Shown here: piece after piece, positions 1 through 9,709 of the stretch | How the letters are laid out: each line of letters starts with the position of its first letter | How positions within the stretch are numbered: the first letter of the stretch is position 1 | From: Thermoanaerobaculia bacterium | GTDB taxonomy: Bacteria; Acidobacteriota; Thermoanaerobaculia; Gp7-AA8 | Assembly (NCBI GenBank): GCA_046590705.1 | Contig: JBKJUK010000256.1 | Span: forward strand, 1 to 46,640 | Reading direction: 5' to 3' | DNA: 46,640 bases | Notes under the pieces: generated by a model | What the model was told of the DNA's origin: nothing | Seen by the model: only the letters and a program-made list of their open reading frames with translations | The model's database searches: none | Position numbers and translations under genes: made by a program

Positions 1-197
1 GAGGGAGAGTCGGCAGTCAGCGCAACGACCTCGAAGCCGGGAATCCTCACCGCAGCCGCGAGTAGAACCCCCGAGTCCACGCCGCCGGAAAAGGCCACGA
101 TGAGCGACTCGTATTTCGCGAGTTCCGTCTGCAGTCGTACCAGCAGAAGTTTGGGATCGAGCGTGGCAGGTTGAGTTTGCGTAGATTCGTTGAGCAC
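1..197 (-). CDS. larE: LarE-like PP-loop ATP-dependent sulfur transferase, 5' part (truncated by window edge)
   Basis: Manual translation from GTG at 197: VLNESTQ...LAKYESLIVAFSGGVDSGVLLAAAVRIPGFEVVALTADSP. It has the PP-loop SGGVDS and the ALTADSP motif typical of LarE/TIGR00268. Not in the ORF track. Confidence 0.75.
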   Translation of the reverse strand, partial: MLNESTQTQPATLDPKLLLVRLQTELAKYESLIVAFSGGVDSGVLLAAAVRIPGFEVVALTADSP

Positions 198-253
198 AGT
201 TTCTCTTTATCAGAAAGGAAGGCCGCAGCGAAACGATTCCTGCGGGCAGGCCA

Positions 254-421
254 GTGGAGCACAGGCAATCCTGCCTGTGGCACGGACAATTGAATTCAGG
301 CCCTCTCGATGTTTCCCCGTCCTTTGCGAATCGTCGATAGGAGTGACATTCGGGCCAGCCGAACGAAGTCGTCCGTCGAACTCAGCGCTTCGCGCCACAG
401 GCAGGATTGCCTGTGCTCCAC
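254..421. repeat. REPIN-like element copy 1 (inverted pair of GTGG-tagged REP palindromes)
   Basis: Left arm GTGGAGCACAGGCAATCCTGCCTGTGG and right arm CCACAGGCAGGATTGCCTGTGCTCCAC. Interior is homologous to the copies at 8882, 12013 and 46473. Confidence 0.9.
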
Positions 422-510
422 ACAACCGCGACCAAGCCCCACAGTTCCGGCATTCAGGATTCACCACACGCGTGCTATCGTCGCCTCATTCTTTTCAGGG
501 AGCCGGATCG

Positions 511-1095
511 TTGATCATCACGTGCGAACATTGTCGGGCCAGATATCAGTACGACGAGGCGCGGTTCGAGGGAAAACCTTCGAAGAAAATTCGCTGCGCG
601 AAATGCCAGCAGGTTTTCGAAGCCGTGAACGCCATACAGGATGTCCCCACGCCGGCTCCGGCCTTCCATGCAGATGAAACCTCCACGCGAAAGCCAATGC
701 GCACGCGACCTCAGGACCTTTCCCTCCCTGAGATCGAAGACGAAGAACCCGCCGCAGTCGAGGGCCCATCGGAACTGCCGCAACTTCCGGTCGGGAAACG
801 TTTCGCGCTGGCCATCATCTCCGGTCCGGACGCAGGAACGGTGCATCGCATCGAGAAGGCGCAGGTCGTCATCGGTCGCTCCAGCGCTGACGTGGCCTTG
901 AACGACGGCGAGGTCTCGCGTTCACATGCTGGAATCGAGATCCGCGACAATTTCTACTACCTGGACGATCTCGGCTCGACCAACGGCACACTCTTCAACG
1001 GTCAGAAAGTCACCGAGCACGTCGAACTGCAGAATCAGTCCGAGTTTCAGGTCGGTGGAAGCATCCTCATGTTCATCGTGACCGACACGGATTGA
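511..1095 (+). CDS. Zinc-ribbon (MJ0042-type) plus FHA domain protein
   Basis: TTG at 511 after GGGAG. N-terminal CEHC...RCAKC zinc ribbon. C-terminal FHA motifs (IGRS, VSRSHA, DLGSTNGT). The ORF-track start at 190 runs through a repeat. Confidence 0.85.
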   Translation: MIITCEHCRARYQYDEARFEGKPSKKIRCAKCQQVFEAVNAIQDVPTPAPAFHADETSTRKPMRTRPQDLSLPEIEDEEPAAVEGPSELPQLPVGKRFALAIISGPDAGTVHRIEKAQVVIGRSSADVALNDGEVSRSHAGIEIRDNFYYLDDLGSTNGTLFNGQKVTEHVELQNQSEFQVGGSILMFIVTDTD

Positions 1096-1154
1096 TCTAA
1101 CCCGCAGACGACGTACAGGGCCCACTTCCGGTAGAGTAGTCTCGTGGTGCGAAC

Positions 1155-1952
1155 GTGATGACCTCCGACCTGGCGAACCTCTACCGTCACAGGCAGTTGA
1201 TCGCGACCCTGACCGCGCGCGATCTGAAGGCGAGGTACCGCGGTTCAGTCCTCGGGTTTTTCTGGTCACTGGCCAACCCGCTGATGTTGCTCGGGGTCTA
1301 CACGCTGGTCTTCACGCGGTTCTTCGAGCGGCAGGAAATCGTTGCCTACCCGCTGTTCCTCTTCGCCGGCATCCTTCCCTGGACCTTCTTTTCGGCGGCT
1401 GTTCTGGAATCGACCACTTCCATCTCCAGTAACGCCGGGCTGATCAAAAAGGTCATGTTTCCCGCCGAGGCCTTGCCTCTGGTGGTGGTGTTCTCGCACC
1501 TGACCCACTTCGCTCTGGCGCTGCCGATTCTGCTGGCGGCCATGCTCATCTCCACTCTGATGGGGAAGACCAGCTTCACGATGTATGTACTACTCGCGCC
1601 GCTGATCATCGCTCTCCAGACACTCTTCATTTCCGGGATCGCCATGATGATCTCCTCAGCCTCGGTGCTCTTCCGTGACCTGAGAGATCTGGTGGCCAAT
1701 CTTCTTCAGCTGGCTTTCTTCATGACTCCGGTCATCTACCTGCTGAACGGGATCGATTCACGCTGGCTGCGCGTGGCGCTGCGCATGAATCCGATGACAC
1801 CGTTCATCGCCTCATACCAGCAGATCTTCTACTACGGTCGTCCGCCGCTACTCGTCGATACCCTGCTGATGACGCTGTACGCAGGTGGTTCGCTGGCGCT
1901 GGGGTTCCTCGTTTTTGATCGTCTGCGGGACACTCTCGCGGAGGCGCTGTAA
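1155..1952 (+). CDS. wzm: ABC-2 polysaccharide export permease (Wzm/TagG family)
   Basis: RDLKARYRGSVLGFFWSLANPL, FRDL and TPVIY...NPMT motifs. About six hydrophobic segments. Abuts the ATPase gene. Confidence 0.9.
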   Translation: MMTSDLANLYRHRQLIATLTARDLKARYRGSVLGFFWSLANPLMLLGVYTLVFTRFFERQEIVAYPLFLFAGILPWTFFSAAVLESTTSISSNAGLIKKVMFPAEALPLVVVFSHLTHFALALPILLAAMLISTLMGKTSFTMYVLLAPLIIALQTLFISGIAMMISSASVLFRDLRDLVANLLQLAFFMTPVIYLLNGIDSRWLRVALRMNPMTPFIASYQQIFYYGRPPLLVDTLLMTLYAGGSLALGFLVFDRLRDTLAEAL

Positions 1953-3341
<1,389 letters not shown>

Positions 3342-3367
3342 GCGACGCCCGCTCGCGCGCATCCGAT

Positions 3368-3706
3368 TTACTTCTTCGGCGGCGTTTTCTCTTCCGGCGG
3401 CAGCATGTAGATCACTTCGCCTTTCCGGGACATGCTGAGATCTTCTCGAGCAATGCGTTCCACGGCGAAGGTCGACCGCTTCAGGCTTTCGATCTCGGCG
3501 GCCAGCCGCTGATTCTCCGTCTTCAGCCGTGAAATGTCCTGCTCGAGCTGCTGCACACGCTTCCTCGCACCAGCCAGTTCATTGATCCCCTCCTCGGAGA
3601 AAAAGAACGAGATGAGAAAGATGATCGTCAGCACCCCGGAAAGCAGGAAGACGACGCGCATCGCAGTCCTGCTTACGCGACGTGGATCACGGGGAGTGAC
3701 GGACAT
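3368..3706 (-). CDS. ftsB: Septum formation initiator FtsB/DivIC
   Basis: Single TM helix, then a coiled coil (LKTENQRLAAEIESL), then the VERIAREDLSMSRKGE motif. Confidence 0.85.
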   Translation of the reverse strand: MSVTPRDPRRVSRTAMRVVFLLSGVLTIIFLISFFFSEEGINELAGARKRVQQLEQDISRLKTENQRLAAEIESLKRSTFAVERIAREDLSMSRKGEVIYMLPPEEKTPPKK

Positions 3707-3980
3707 GGGGCCAAGGTAGTTTCGGGAGTGAATCAGAGAGTGTCAAGTCGAGCGGGCGGATGTTACGTAGTACGCACGTCGCTGTCGAACGCGTTGGCAA
3801 CCAATTGTTCGAATGAAGCGCATGCGCGGAGGCGCATCCAAAGTGTAGAAGTCCCGGCGAGTGTGCGTGTACTATTACCCCACATGCCTCTTCCCTACTG
3901 ACCTCTCCATTCGCGATTGGTTCCGACCAATCGGCGGCATAATCCAACGCTGCATCGAACCAGCACCACGAAGGAGTTTC

Positions 3981-5786
3981 ATGCAGACTAAAACGCAGCT
4001 GTCGTTCGCCGCCTTATTTGTTCTACTCGTGGCAGCCCTGACCAGTCCTCTTTTCGCGAATTTCGCAGGGACCGATCTGATCCTTCCCGCTGCAGGTCGC
4101 GTACTCGGCGCGAACGGCTCCGAGTTTCTCACGACCGGCTGGGTGACGAATCCGAATGCAACAGCCGTCGACGTTCAGTTCCAGTTCCTGGAAGCGGGTC
4201 GCGCGAATCTGACTCCCATCACCATCACCGACACACTCGCCGCCGGACAGACGAAATCGTACGAGAACCTCGCCGAGACGCTCTTTCGCAGGTCGGGCGT
4301 TCTCGGTGCCGTTCGCGTGCGCGCATCAAAACCGGTCCTGGTGTCGGCTCGCATCTACAGCCAGACGCCGGGAGCGACGCTCGCGAATACCAACGGCGTT
4401 TACTTCGCCGGAGTTCCCGTGAGTTTTGCTATCGGCAAAGGCGAACTGGGTTCCTTGCAGGGCGTGAATCAGAACAGCAATTTCCGTTACAACTTTTTCG
4501 TGGTCGAAGTGAGTGGATCACAGACCAACGTTCTCGTTCGGCTCCGCGACGGAGCGGGCGGCGAACTCGCGAACAAAACCTACGCGCTTCGGCCGTATGA
4601 ACAGCTGCTCGTGAACATGAGCGATCTCGCTCCGGGTGTAACTGTCGACGGCGGTCAGATCGAAGCGACCGTAACCAGTGACGCAGGCCGTGTGATCTTC
4701 GCAGGTTCGCTCGTTACAAACGGGACACAGGACTCGACCGGCTTCGAGATGAGTTTCCGCAGCGATCTTCTTGCAGAAAACTCGCAGCGCGTGGTTTCGC
4801 TCAATGGCTTGAGCGGCGCACTGTCGCTTTCGGGAGGCCAGGGCGTCGCGATCACGCAATCGGGCAACACCATCAACATCGATGCTTCTGGAGCAGTCGG
4901 ACCCGCCGGACCAACTGGACCGGGAGGCCCGCGGGGCTTGACCGGGCCTCCCGGTGCCACTGGCGCGAATGGCGCCACGGGTGCGCAGGGGCCGATCGGA
5001 CCAGCTGGTGTGGCTGGGCCCGTCGGACCGGCTGGTGCGAATGGCGCCACAGGTGCGCAGGGACCGATCGGACCAGCTGGTGTGGCCGGTCCGGTCGGAC
5101 TAACTGGAGCGAATGGTGCGACAGGTCCTCAGGGACCGCAGGGACCCCAGGGACCCCAGGGACTTCAAGGAGTTCAGGGAACTACAGGAGCGGCGGGACC
5201 AACAGGAGCGCCCGGCGCATCCGGACCTGCGGGTAGCACGGGACCCGCGGGACCTGCCGGTCCTCAGGGACCTCCAGGCCCTCCCGGCTTAAACGGAACC
5301 AACGGTGCAGTCGGTCCTCAGGGACCTGCGGGTCCGAGCGGTCCAGCAGGTCCAACCGGACTCCTTGCGTTCGCCGATTTCTTCGCTCTGATGCCGGGCG
5401 ACAACGTTGCGACCGTCGCTCCTGGAGGGTTGGTCCAGTTTCCACAGGATGGCCCCGCCGACGGAAGCGCTTCGATCGTCCGACTGACGGCCAGCACCTT
5501 CAATCTCGCCAATATCGGGACCTACCACGTCTCTTTTCAGGTAAGCGTCAGCGAACAAGGGCAATTGGTACTCTCGCTGAATGGAATTGAATTGCCATTT
5601 ACCGTAGTCGGACGTGCAACGGGAACGACTCAGATGGTGGGGGTCGCCCTGATCAGCACGACCACAATTAACTCCGTCCTCTCCCTCAACAACCCAAACG
5701 GCGCGATCAGTGCCCTCACAATCGCACCTATGGCCGGAGGCAACTCACCGGTCTCCGCGCATCTGACGATCTTGAGAGTGAAATAG
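3981..5786 (+). CDS. Secreted collagen-like protein with a BclA-like C-terminal beta domain
   Basis: ATG at 3981 after AAGGAG. Signal peptide (...SPLFA). About 52 uninterrupted Gly-X-Y triplets (4890-5366). C-terminal domain begins [12 protein letters not shown]. Confidence 0.85.
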   Translation: MQTKTQLSFAALFVLLVAALTSPLFANFAGTDLILPAAGRVLGANGSEFLTTGWVTNPNATAVDVQFQFLEAGRANLTPITITDTLAAGQTKSYENLAETLFRRSGVLGAVRVRASKPVLVSARIYSQTPGATLANTNGVYFAGVPVSFAIGKGELGSLQGVNQNSNFRYNFFVVEVSGSQTNVLVRLRDGAGGELANKTYALRPYEQLLVNMSDLAPGVTVDGGQIEATVTSDAGRVIFAGSLVTNGTQDSTGFEMSFRSDLLAENSQRVVSLNGLSGALSLSGGQGVAITQSGNTINIDASGAVGPAGPTGPGGPRGLTGPPGATGANGATGAQGPIGPAGVAGPVGPAGANGATGAQGPIGPAGVAGPVGLTGANGATGPQGPQGPQGPQGLQGVQGTTGAAGPTGAPGASGPAGSTGPAGPAGPQGPPGPPGLNGTNGAVGPQGPAGPSGPAGPTGLLAFADFFALMPGDNVATVAPGGLVQFPQDGPADGSASIVRLTASTFNLANIGTYHVSFQVSVSEQGQLVLSLNGIELPFTVVGRATGTTQMVGVALISTTTINSVLSLNNPNGAISALTIAPMAGGNSPVSAHLTILRVK

Positions 5787-5796
5787 GCCCTGCGTT

Positions 5797-5834
5797 CGAG
5801 GCGACGGTTATCGCATCCGCGACCCGTCGCCTCG
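5797..5834 (+). terminator. Strong hairpin after the collagen-like gene (possible terminator, no U-tract)
   Basis: Perfect 11-bp stem CGAGGCGACGG/CCGTCGCCTCG, 10 nt after the stop, between convergent genes. Confidence 0.4.
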
Positions 5835-5976
5835 CCACCCGACCCAACGTGCGCCCGAGGCGCGTCAGAGGTTGGTTGGTGACGACTGCCAAGCATGCGG
5901 ACTTCTGATAAGCCAGATATACCCACACATCAACGTCACCCGATCGCGATCACTGGACGCGCTGCGGAGAGTTGCA

Positions 5977-5999
5977 GACGCGTTGCTACGCGTCCCTAC
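5977..5999 (-). repeat. GTAG-type REP palindrome
   Basis: Minus strand reads GTAG-G-GACGCGT-AGCA-ACGCGTC. Confidence 0.55.
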
Positions 6000-6064
6000 G
6001 CCGCTACCTTCCGTCGGCGGGGGCCCGCATTAGAGACGCTCAAGTCGCAGCTTCAGGTGTTCGT

Positions 6065-6325
6065 TTATCCGCTATCCTTCAGGGCCTCTCGCACGGCCGA
6101 CAAGACATCGTCACCTGAGGGCCAGGGCCTGCCCATTAGTTTGGCGATCAAACCGCCCTTACGTGATACGACTATTCGGCCGTTCACCTCGACATCGAAC
6201 TGGCCAAAGCGACCCTTCTCGAGTTCGACAGTAGTGTCGAGCTTCTCCCGAATCAATGCAGCGAAACTCGCTGCGTTAGCGGCAATTGCTGCTCACGTGT
6301 CGCAATAGACGATTCGAACGCTCAT
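6065..6325 (-). CDS. SelW/Rdx-family selenoprotein (86 aa, CxxU)
   Basis: ATG at 6325 gives MSVRIVYCDT-TGA-AAIAANAASFAALIREKL...GRFGQFDVEVNGRIVVSRK...WP. The TGA at 6293-6295 is in frame at the CxxU position, and the Rdx G-x-F-D/E-V motif follows. Confidence 0.85.
6258..6274 (-). promoter_or_regulatory. Putative bacterial SECIS hairpin
   Basis: GCAGCGA-GTT-TCGCTGC begins 18 nt after the in-frame UGA. The apical loop starts with GU, 25 nt from the UGA. Confidence 0.7.
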
Positions 6326-6425
6326 ACCATCAAGCATACCAGCGCCTCCGGGACGAGGCGCGGGCAGATCGAGCGAGGAGCGTCGCGCCCGCCCCTCGCG
6401 CCGCCCGATGAAATATAATCCCGGC

Positions 6426-7862
6426 GTGAACAGGGATTCCGCATCGCAGCCGCTTACCGAACGCTACGCCTCGAAAGAGATGTCGTACCTTTTTTCGCCG
6501 AACTACAAGTTCCGCACATGGCGACGACTCTGGCTGGCACTAGCAGAGTCGCAACAGGAACTCGGCCTCCCCATCACCGACACCCAACTGACGGAGATGC
6601 GGGCGGCTCTGCACGACATCAACTTCGAAGAAGCCGAGAAGAGAGAGCGCGAGGTTCGACACGACGTGATGTCTCACATCCACGCCTTCGGACTGCAGGC
6701 GCCCTCAGCGAAGCCGATCATTCACCTCGGAGCCACCTCAGCCTTCGTCACCGATAACACTGACATCCTGCAGATGTCGGAGGCGCTGCAACTATTCAGA
6801 ACGCGCCTCATCAATCTGATGGCCAGGCTTCGCCACTTCGCACACACGTGGCGTGACACCCCTACCCTGGCCTTCACTCATTTCCAACCCGCGCAGCTCA
6901 CTACAGTCGGCAAGCGCGCCACGCTCTGGCTGCATGACCTGCTGCTCGACTACGAGGAGCTGGTATTCCGCCAGCAGTCCCTCTCTCTCCTCGGCGTAAA
7001 GGGAGCCACCGGCACACAGGCATCGTTCCTCAAACTCTTCGAGGGCGACGGCGAGATGGTCTTGAAGCTCGAGAAACTCGTGGCTGAGAAAGTGGGACTC
7101 TCGAAGATCTATCCCGTCTCCGGCCAGACCTACTCACGAAAGGTCGACAGCAGTGTTCTCAACACCCTCGGCGCCTTCGCACAGTCGGCATCGAAGTTCG
7201 GATATGACATGCGTCTGCTGCAACACCTGCGCGAGATTGAAGAGCCTTTCGAGGACGAACAGGTCGGCTCCTCAGCCATGGCCTACAAGCGAAATCCTAT
7301 GCGCGCCGAACGGATCGACGCACTGACGCGGCACATGATCATCAACACCATGAACCCAGCCTTCACCGCCGCCACACAATGGTTCGAACGAACGCTCGAC
7401 GATTCGGCGAACCGCCGCATTGCCATCCCCGAAGCCTTCCTCGCTGCTGACGCGGTGGTGCTGCTGTACGACAACATCGTCGGCGGGATCGTGGTGCATC
7501 CCGAAGTCATTTCCGCCAACGTGCGTCGGGAGCTTCCCTTCATGGCCACCGAGAATCTGATGATGGAAGGAACGTCCCGAGGGGGTGACAGACAGACGCT
7601 GCATGAGAGGGTTCGGGTCCACTCGATGGCCGCCATCGACCGATTGAAATCTGGCAGTTCCGAGAACGATCTTTTCGAGCGGATCGCCGGTGACAGCCAC
7701 TTCGCGCTCGACCGGAAAACGATCGATGAGCTGGCCTCGCCGGAACGTTTCGTCGGTCTTTCTCCGCAACAGGTCGACCGCTTTCTGGCAGAGAACATCG
7801 ATCCGCTGCTGGAGAAGGATCGCGCGCTGCTGTCGGACGTAACCGGGGAGATCAGAGTTTGA
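6426..7862 (+). CDS. purB: Adenylosuccinate lyase
   Basis: RHDVMSH, IHLGATS and THFQPAQ motifs plus the signature GSSAMAYKRNPM. GTG 6426 is preferred because TATAAT lies 6 nt upstream. ATG 6408 is the alternative. Confidence 0.95.
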   Translation: MNRDSASQPLTERYASKEMSYLFSPNYKFRTWRRLWLALAESQQELGLPITDTQLTEMRAALHDINFEEAEKREREVRHDVMSHIHAFGLQAPSAKPIIHLGATSAFVTDNTDILQMSEALQLFRTRLINLMARLRHFAHTWRDTPTLAFTHFQPAQLTTVGKRATLWLHDLLLDYEELVFRQQSLSLLGVKGATGTQASFLKLFEGDGEMVLKLEKLVAEKVGLSKIYPVSGQTYSRKVDSSVLNTLGAFAQSASKFGYDMRLLQHLREIEEPFEDEQVGSSAMAYKRNPMRAERIDALTRHMIINTMNPAFTAATQWFERTLDDSANRRIAIPEAFLAADAVVLLYDNIVGGIVVHPEVISANVRRELPFMATENLMMEGTSRGGDRQTLHERVRVHSMAAIDRLKSGSSENDLFERIAGDSHFALDRKTIDELASPERFVGLSPQQVDRFLAENIDPLLEKDRALLSDVTGEIRV

Positions 7863-8818
7863 GATCGCGGCGCCAGACCGTGGCCGTGATCGCGTCCATG
7901 CTGCTGCTGCATGCCTGCGCGAGCACGAGTTCGCGTGCGACAGAGGTGACTCCCGAGACCGTCCAGGGGATCGCCAGCTGGTACGGCCAGGAGTTCGCGG
8001 GACGAGCGACCGCCAGCGGTGAGATCTTCGATCCGCTGGCAATGACTGCGGCTCACCCCAGCCTCCCCTTCGGAACCATCGTCGAGGTCACCAGCCGTGC
8101 CACAGGAAAGTCGGTCGAAGTCCGGATCAACGATCGCGGGCCGTACGTAGGTAAACGGATCATCGACCTGTCGTATGCAGCGGCTGAAGAGATCGATTTG
8201 CACACGCGCGGAATCACGGCAGTCGAGGTTCGTGTCATCTCCATTGGCGACGGAAAGCGTTTCCGCAGACCTGCTGTGGTGATGGCTAAAAACTCTCCAG
8301 TGCAGGCTCCGGTGATCGATGCGGTCCTTCCACCTGATATCGCCTTCCCTCTCCCTCCGGGAAGCGAGCCTGTGCAGGCGACCGGAAGCCACCCACGCAA
8401 CACGGACGACTTCCGCGTGGAGGTCTCCGAGGAACGTTCAGGCGTGGTCGTGCGCAAGCAGGTGAGCGCGGATGGAACAAGTCTGGAAATCGTCGGCGAT
8501 CCTGCTGGAACATTGCAGACTGACGGAAGCGGAAACTTCAAGACGGCGCCGGCACCTTCTAGCGCGCCTGTCGCGAGAACGGTGATGTCCCGGAAGTTCG
8601 TGGTACAGGCCGGCGCCTTTGCCGACCGGGAGAATGCTGAGACTCTGCGACTGAAACTGAAGGCACTCGATCCGAGCGCACACATTCAGACCGCGGAGCA
8701 GATGCATCGCGTGCGAATCGGTCCTTTCGCCACGAGAGAAGAAGCTGTCGCGGCACAAGCATTACTGGAGAACGCCGGACTGTCAGGGCTGGTGATGCCC
8801 CTCGATTCAGCGGAGTGA
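7859..8818 (+). CDS. rlpA: Septal ring lytic transglycosylase RlpA lipoprotein with SPOR domain
   Basis: Lipobox LHAC. DPBB motifs GIASWYG, TAAHPSLPFGT, VRINDRGPY and IIDLS. C-terminal SPOR domain (VQAGAF...RVRIGPF). Confidence 0.92.
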   Translation: MRSRRQTVAVIASMLLLHACASTSSRATEVTPETVQGIASWYGQEFAGRATASGEIFDPLAMTAAHPSLPFGTIVEVTSRATGKSVEVRINDRGPYVGKRIIDLSYAAAEEIDLHTRGITAVEVRVISIGDGKRFRRPAVVMAKNSPVQAPVIDAVLPPDIAFPLPPGSEPVQATGSHPRNTDDFRVEVSEERSGVVVRKQVSADGTSLEIVGDPAGTLQTDGSGNFKTAPAPSSAPVARTVMSRKFVVQAGAFADRENAETLRLKLKALDPSAHIQTAEQMHRVRIGPFATREEAVAAQALLENAGLSGLVMPLDSAE

Positions 8819-8881
8819 ATTAGGAGTGCTGGAGACGCCGCGGCAATCCGGGCGCCCGGGCGACTCAGTTCACGCCAGATA

Positions 8882-9059
8882 TGTGTGGCACAGGCAATCC
8901 TGCCTGTGGCGCGAAGAAGTCAGTTCCGTGCCCCAATCATTGATGTTCGGCACGTGTCGTGGCACCGTCGCCGGTAGAAGCGACATGACGGCTACGCAGA
9001 CCGAATCGTATTTCGAATTCGGTGCATGGCGTCACAGGCAGGATTGCCTGTGCCACACA
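8882..9059. repeat. REPIN-like element copy 2
   Basis: TGTGTGGCACAGGCAATCCTGCCTGTG ... CACAGGCAGGATTGCCTGTGCCACACA, 178 bp, between convergent rlpA and ndk. Confidence 0.92.
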
Positions 9060-9167
9060 ATCCGTCCGAACTCTAGGGTTTTTGATTACACGACGATCGG
9101 CCTGACACTCCGTAACAGTAACCAACGGCCTCGGGAATTGCTCCTCCGGCCGTCGCTCACATTGTGA

Positions 9168-9581
9168 TCAGACCAGCTCGGATTCTGCGAAGAAAAACGC
9201 GATCTCGGAGTTGGCGTTCTCTGACGAATCGGATCCGTGAATGGCGTTCCGCTCGATCGATTCGCCGAATTCCTTCCTCAGCGTTCCGGCCTCGGCCTTG
9301 GCTGGATCGGTGGCGCCCATGAGCGTGCGAAGCTGCGGTACGGCCTCGTCGCGCTCGAGTGCGGCGACGTAGACCGGACCCGAGGTCATGTAGCGAACCA
9401 GGTCGCCGAAGAAAGGGCGCTCGCTGTGAATGCCGTAGAAGCTTTCTGCCTGCTTCTGTCCGAGAGCGACTTTCTTGATCCCGAGGATGCGAAAGCCCTC
9501 GGCCTCGAGACGGCTGATGATTTTTCCGAAATTGCCTTTCTCGACGGAGTCAGGCTTGATGATGGTGAAGGTACGTGCCAT
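9168..9581 (-). CDS. ndk: Nucleoside diphosphate kinase
   Basis: RTFTIIKPD, HSERPFF, SGP and NAIHGSDS (catalytic His) motifs. Confidence 0.97.
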   Translation of the reverse strand: MARTFTIIKPDSVEKGNFGKIISRLEAEGFRILGIKKVALGQKQAESFYGIHSERPFFGDLVRYMTSGPVYVAALERDEAVPQLRTLMGATDPAKAEAGTLRKEFGESIERNAIHGSDSSENANSEIAFFFAESELV

Positions 9582-9709
9582 GTTGAGTTCCTTGCTGGAG
9601 AGGTCGCCTTCCGCATTTCGCGCTGCAAGATTTCATTGCTCGCGCAAATTGGGACGGGGCGGCGTCCGGTAGCCGGGCGCGCTGCGGAGTATAACCTGCC
9701 ACCAATCCG

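Noticed and set aside
190-510. N-terminal extension of the zinc-ribbon/FHA ORF, and ORFs 47..289 and 210..467
   Set aside because: They run through REPIN copy 1 or overlap larE in another frame. The recognisable domain starts at TTG 511 with an RBS.
6065-6325. Pseudogene interpretation of the Rdx gene
   Set aside because: The only stop falls exactly at the CxxU position and is followed by a SECIS-like hairpin, so Sec recoding is more parsimonious, pending a check for selABCD.
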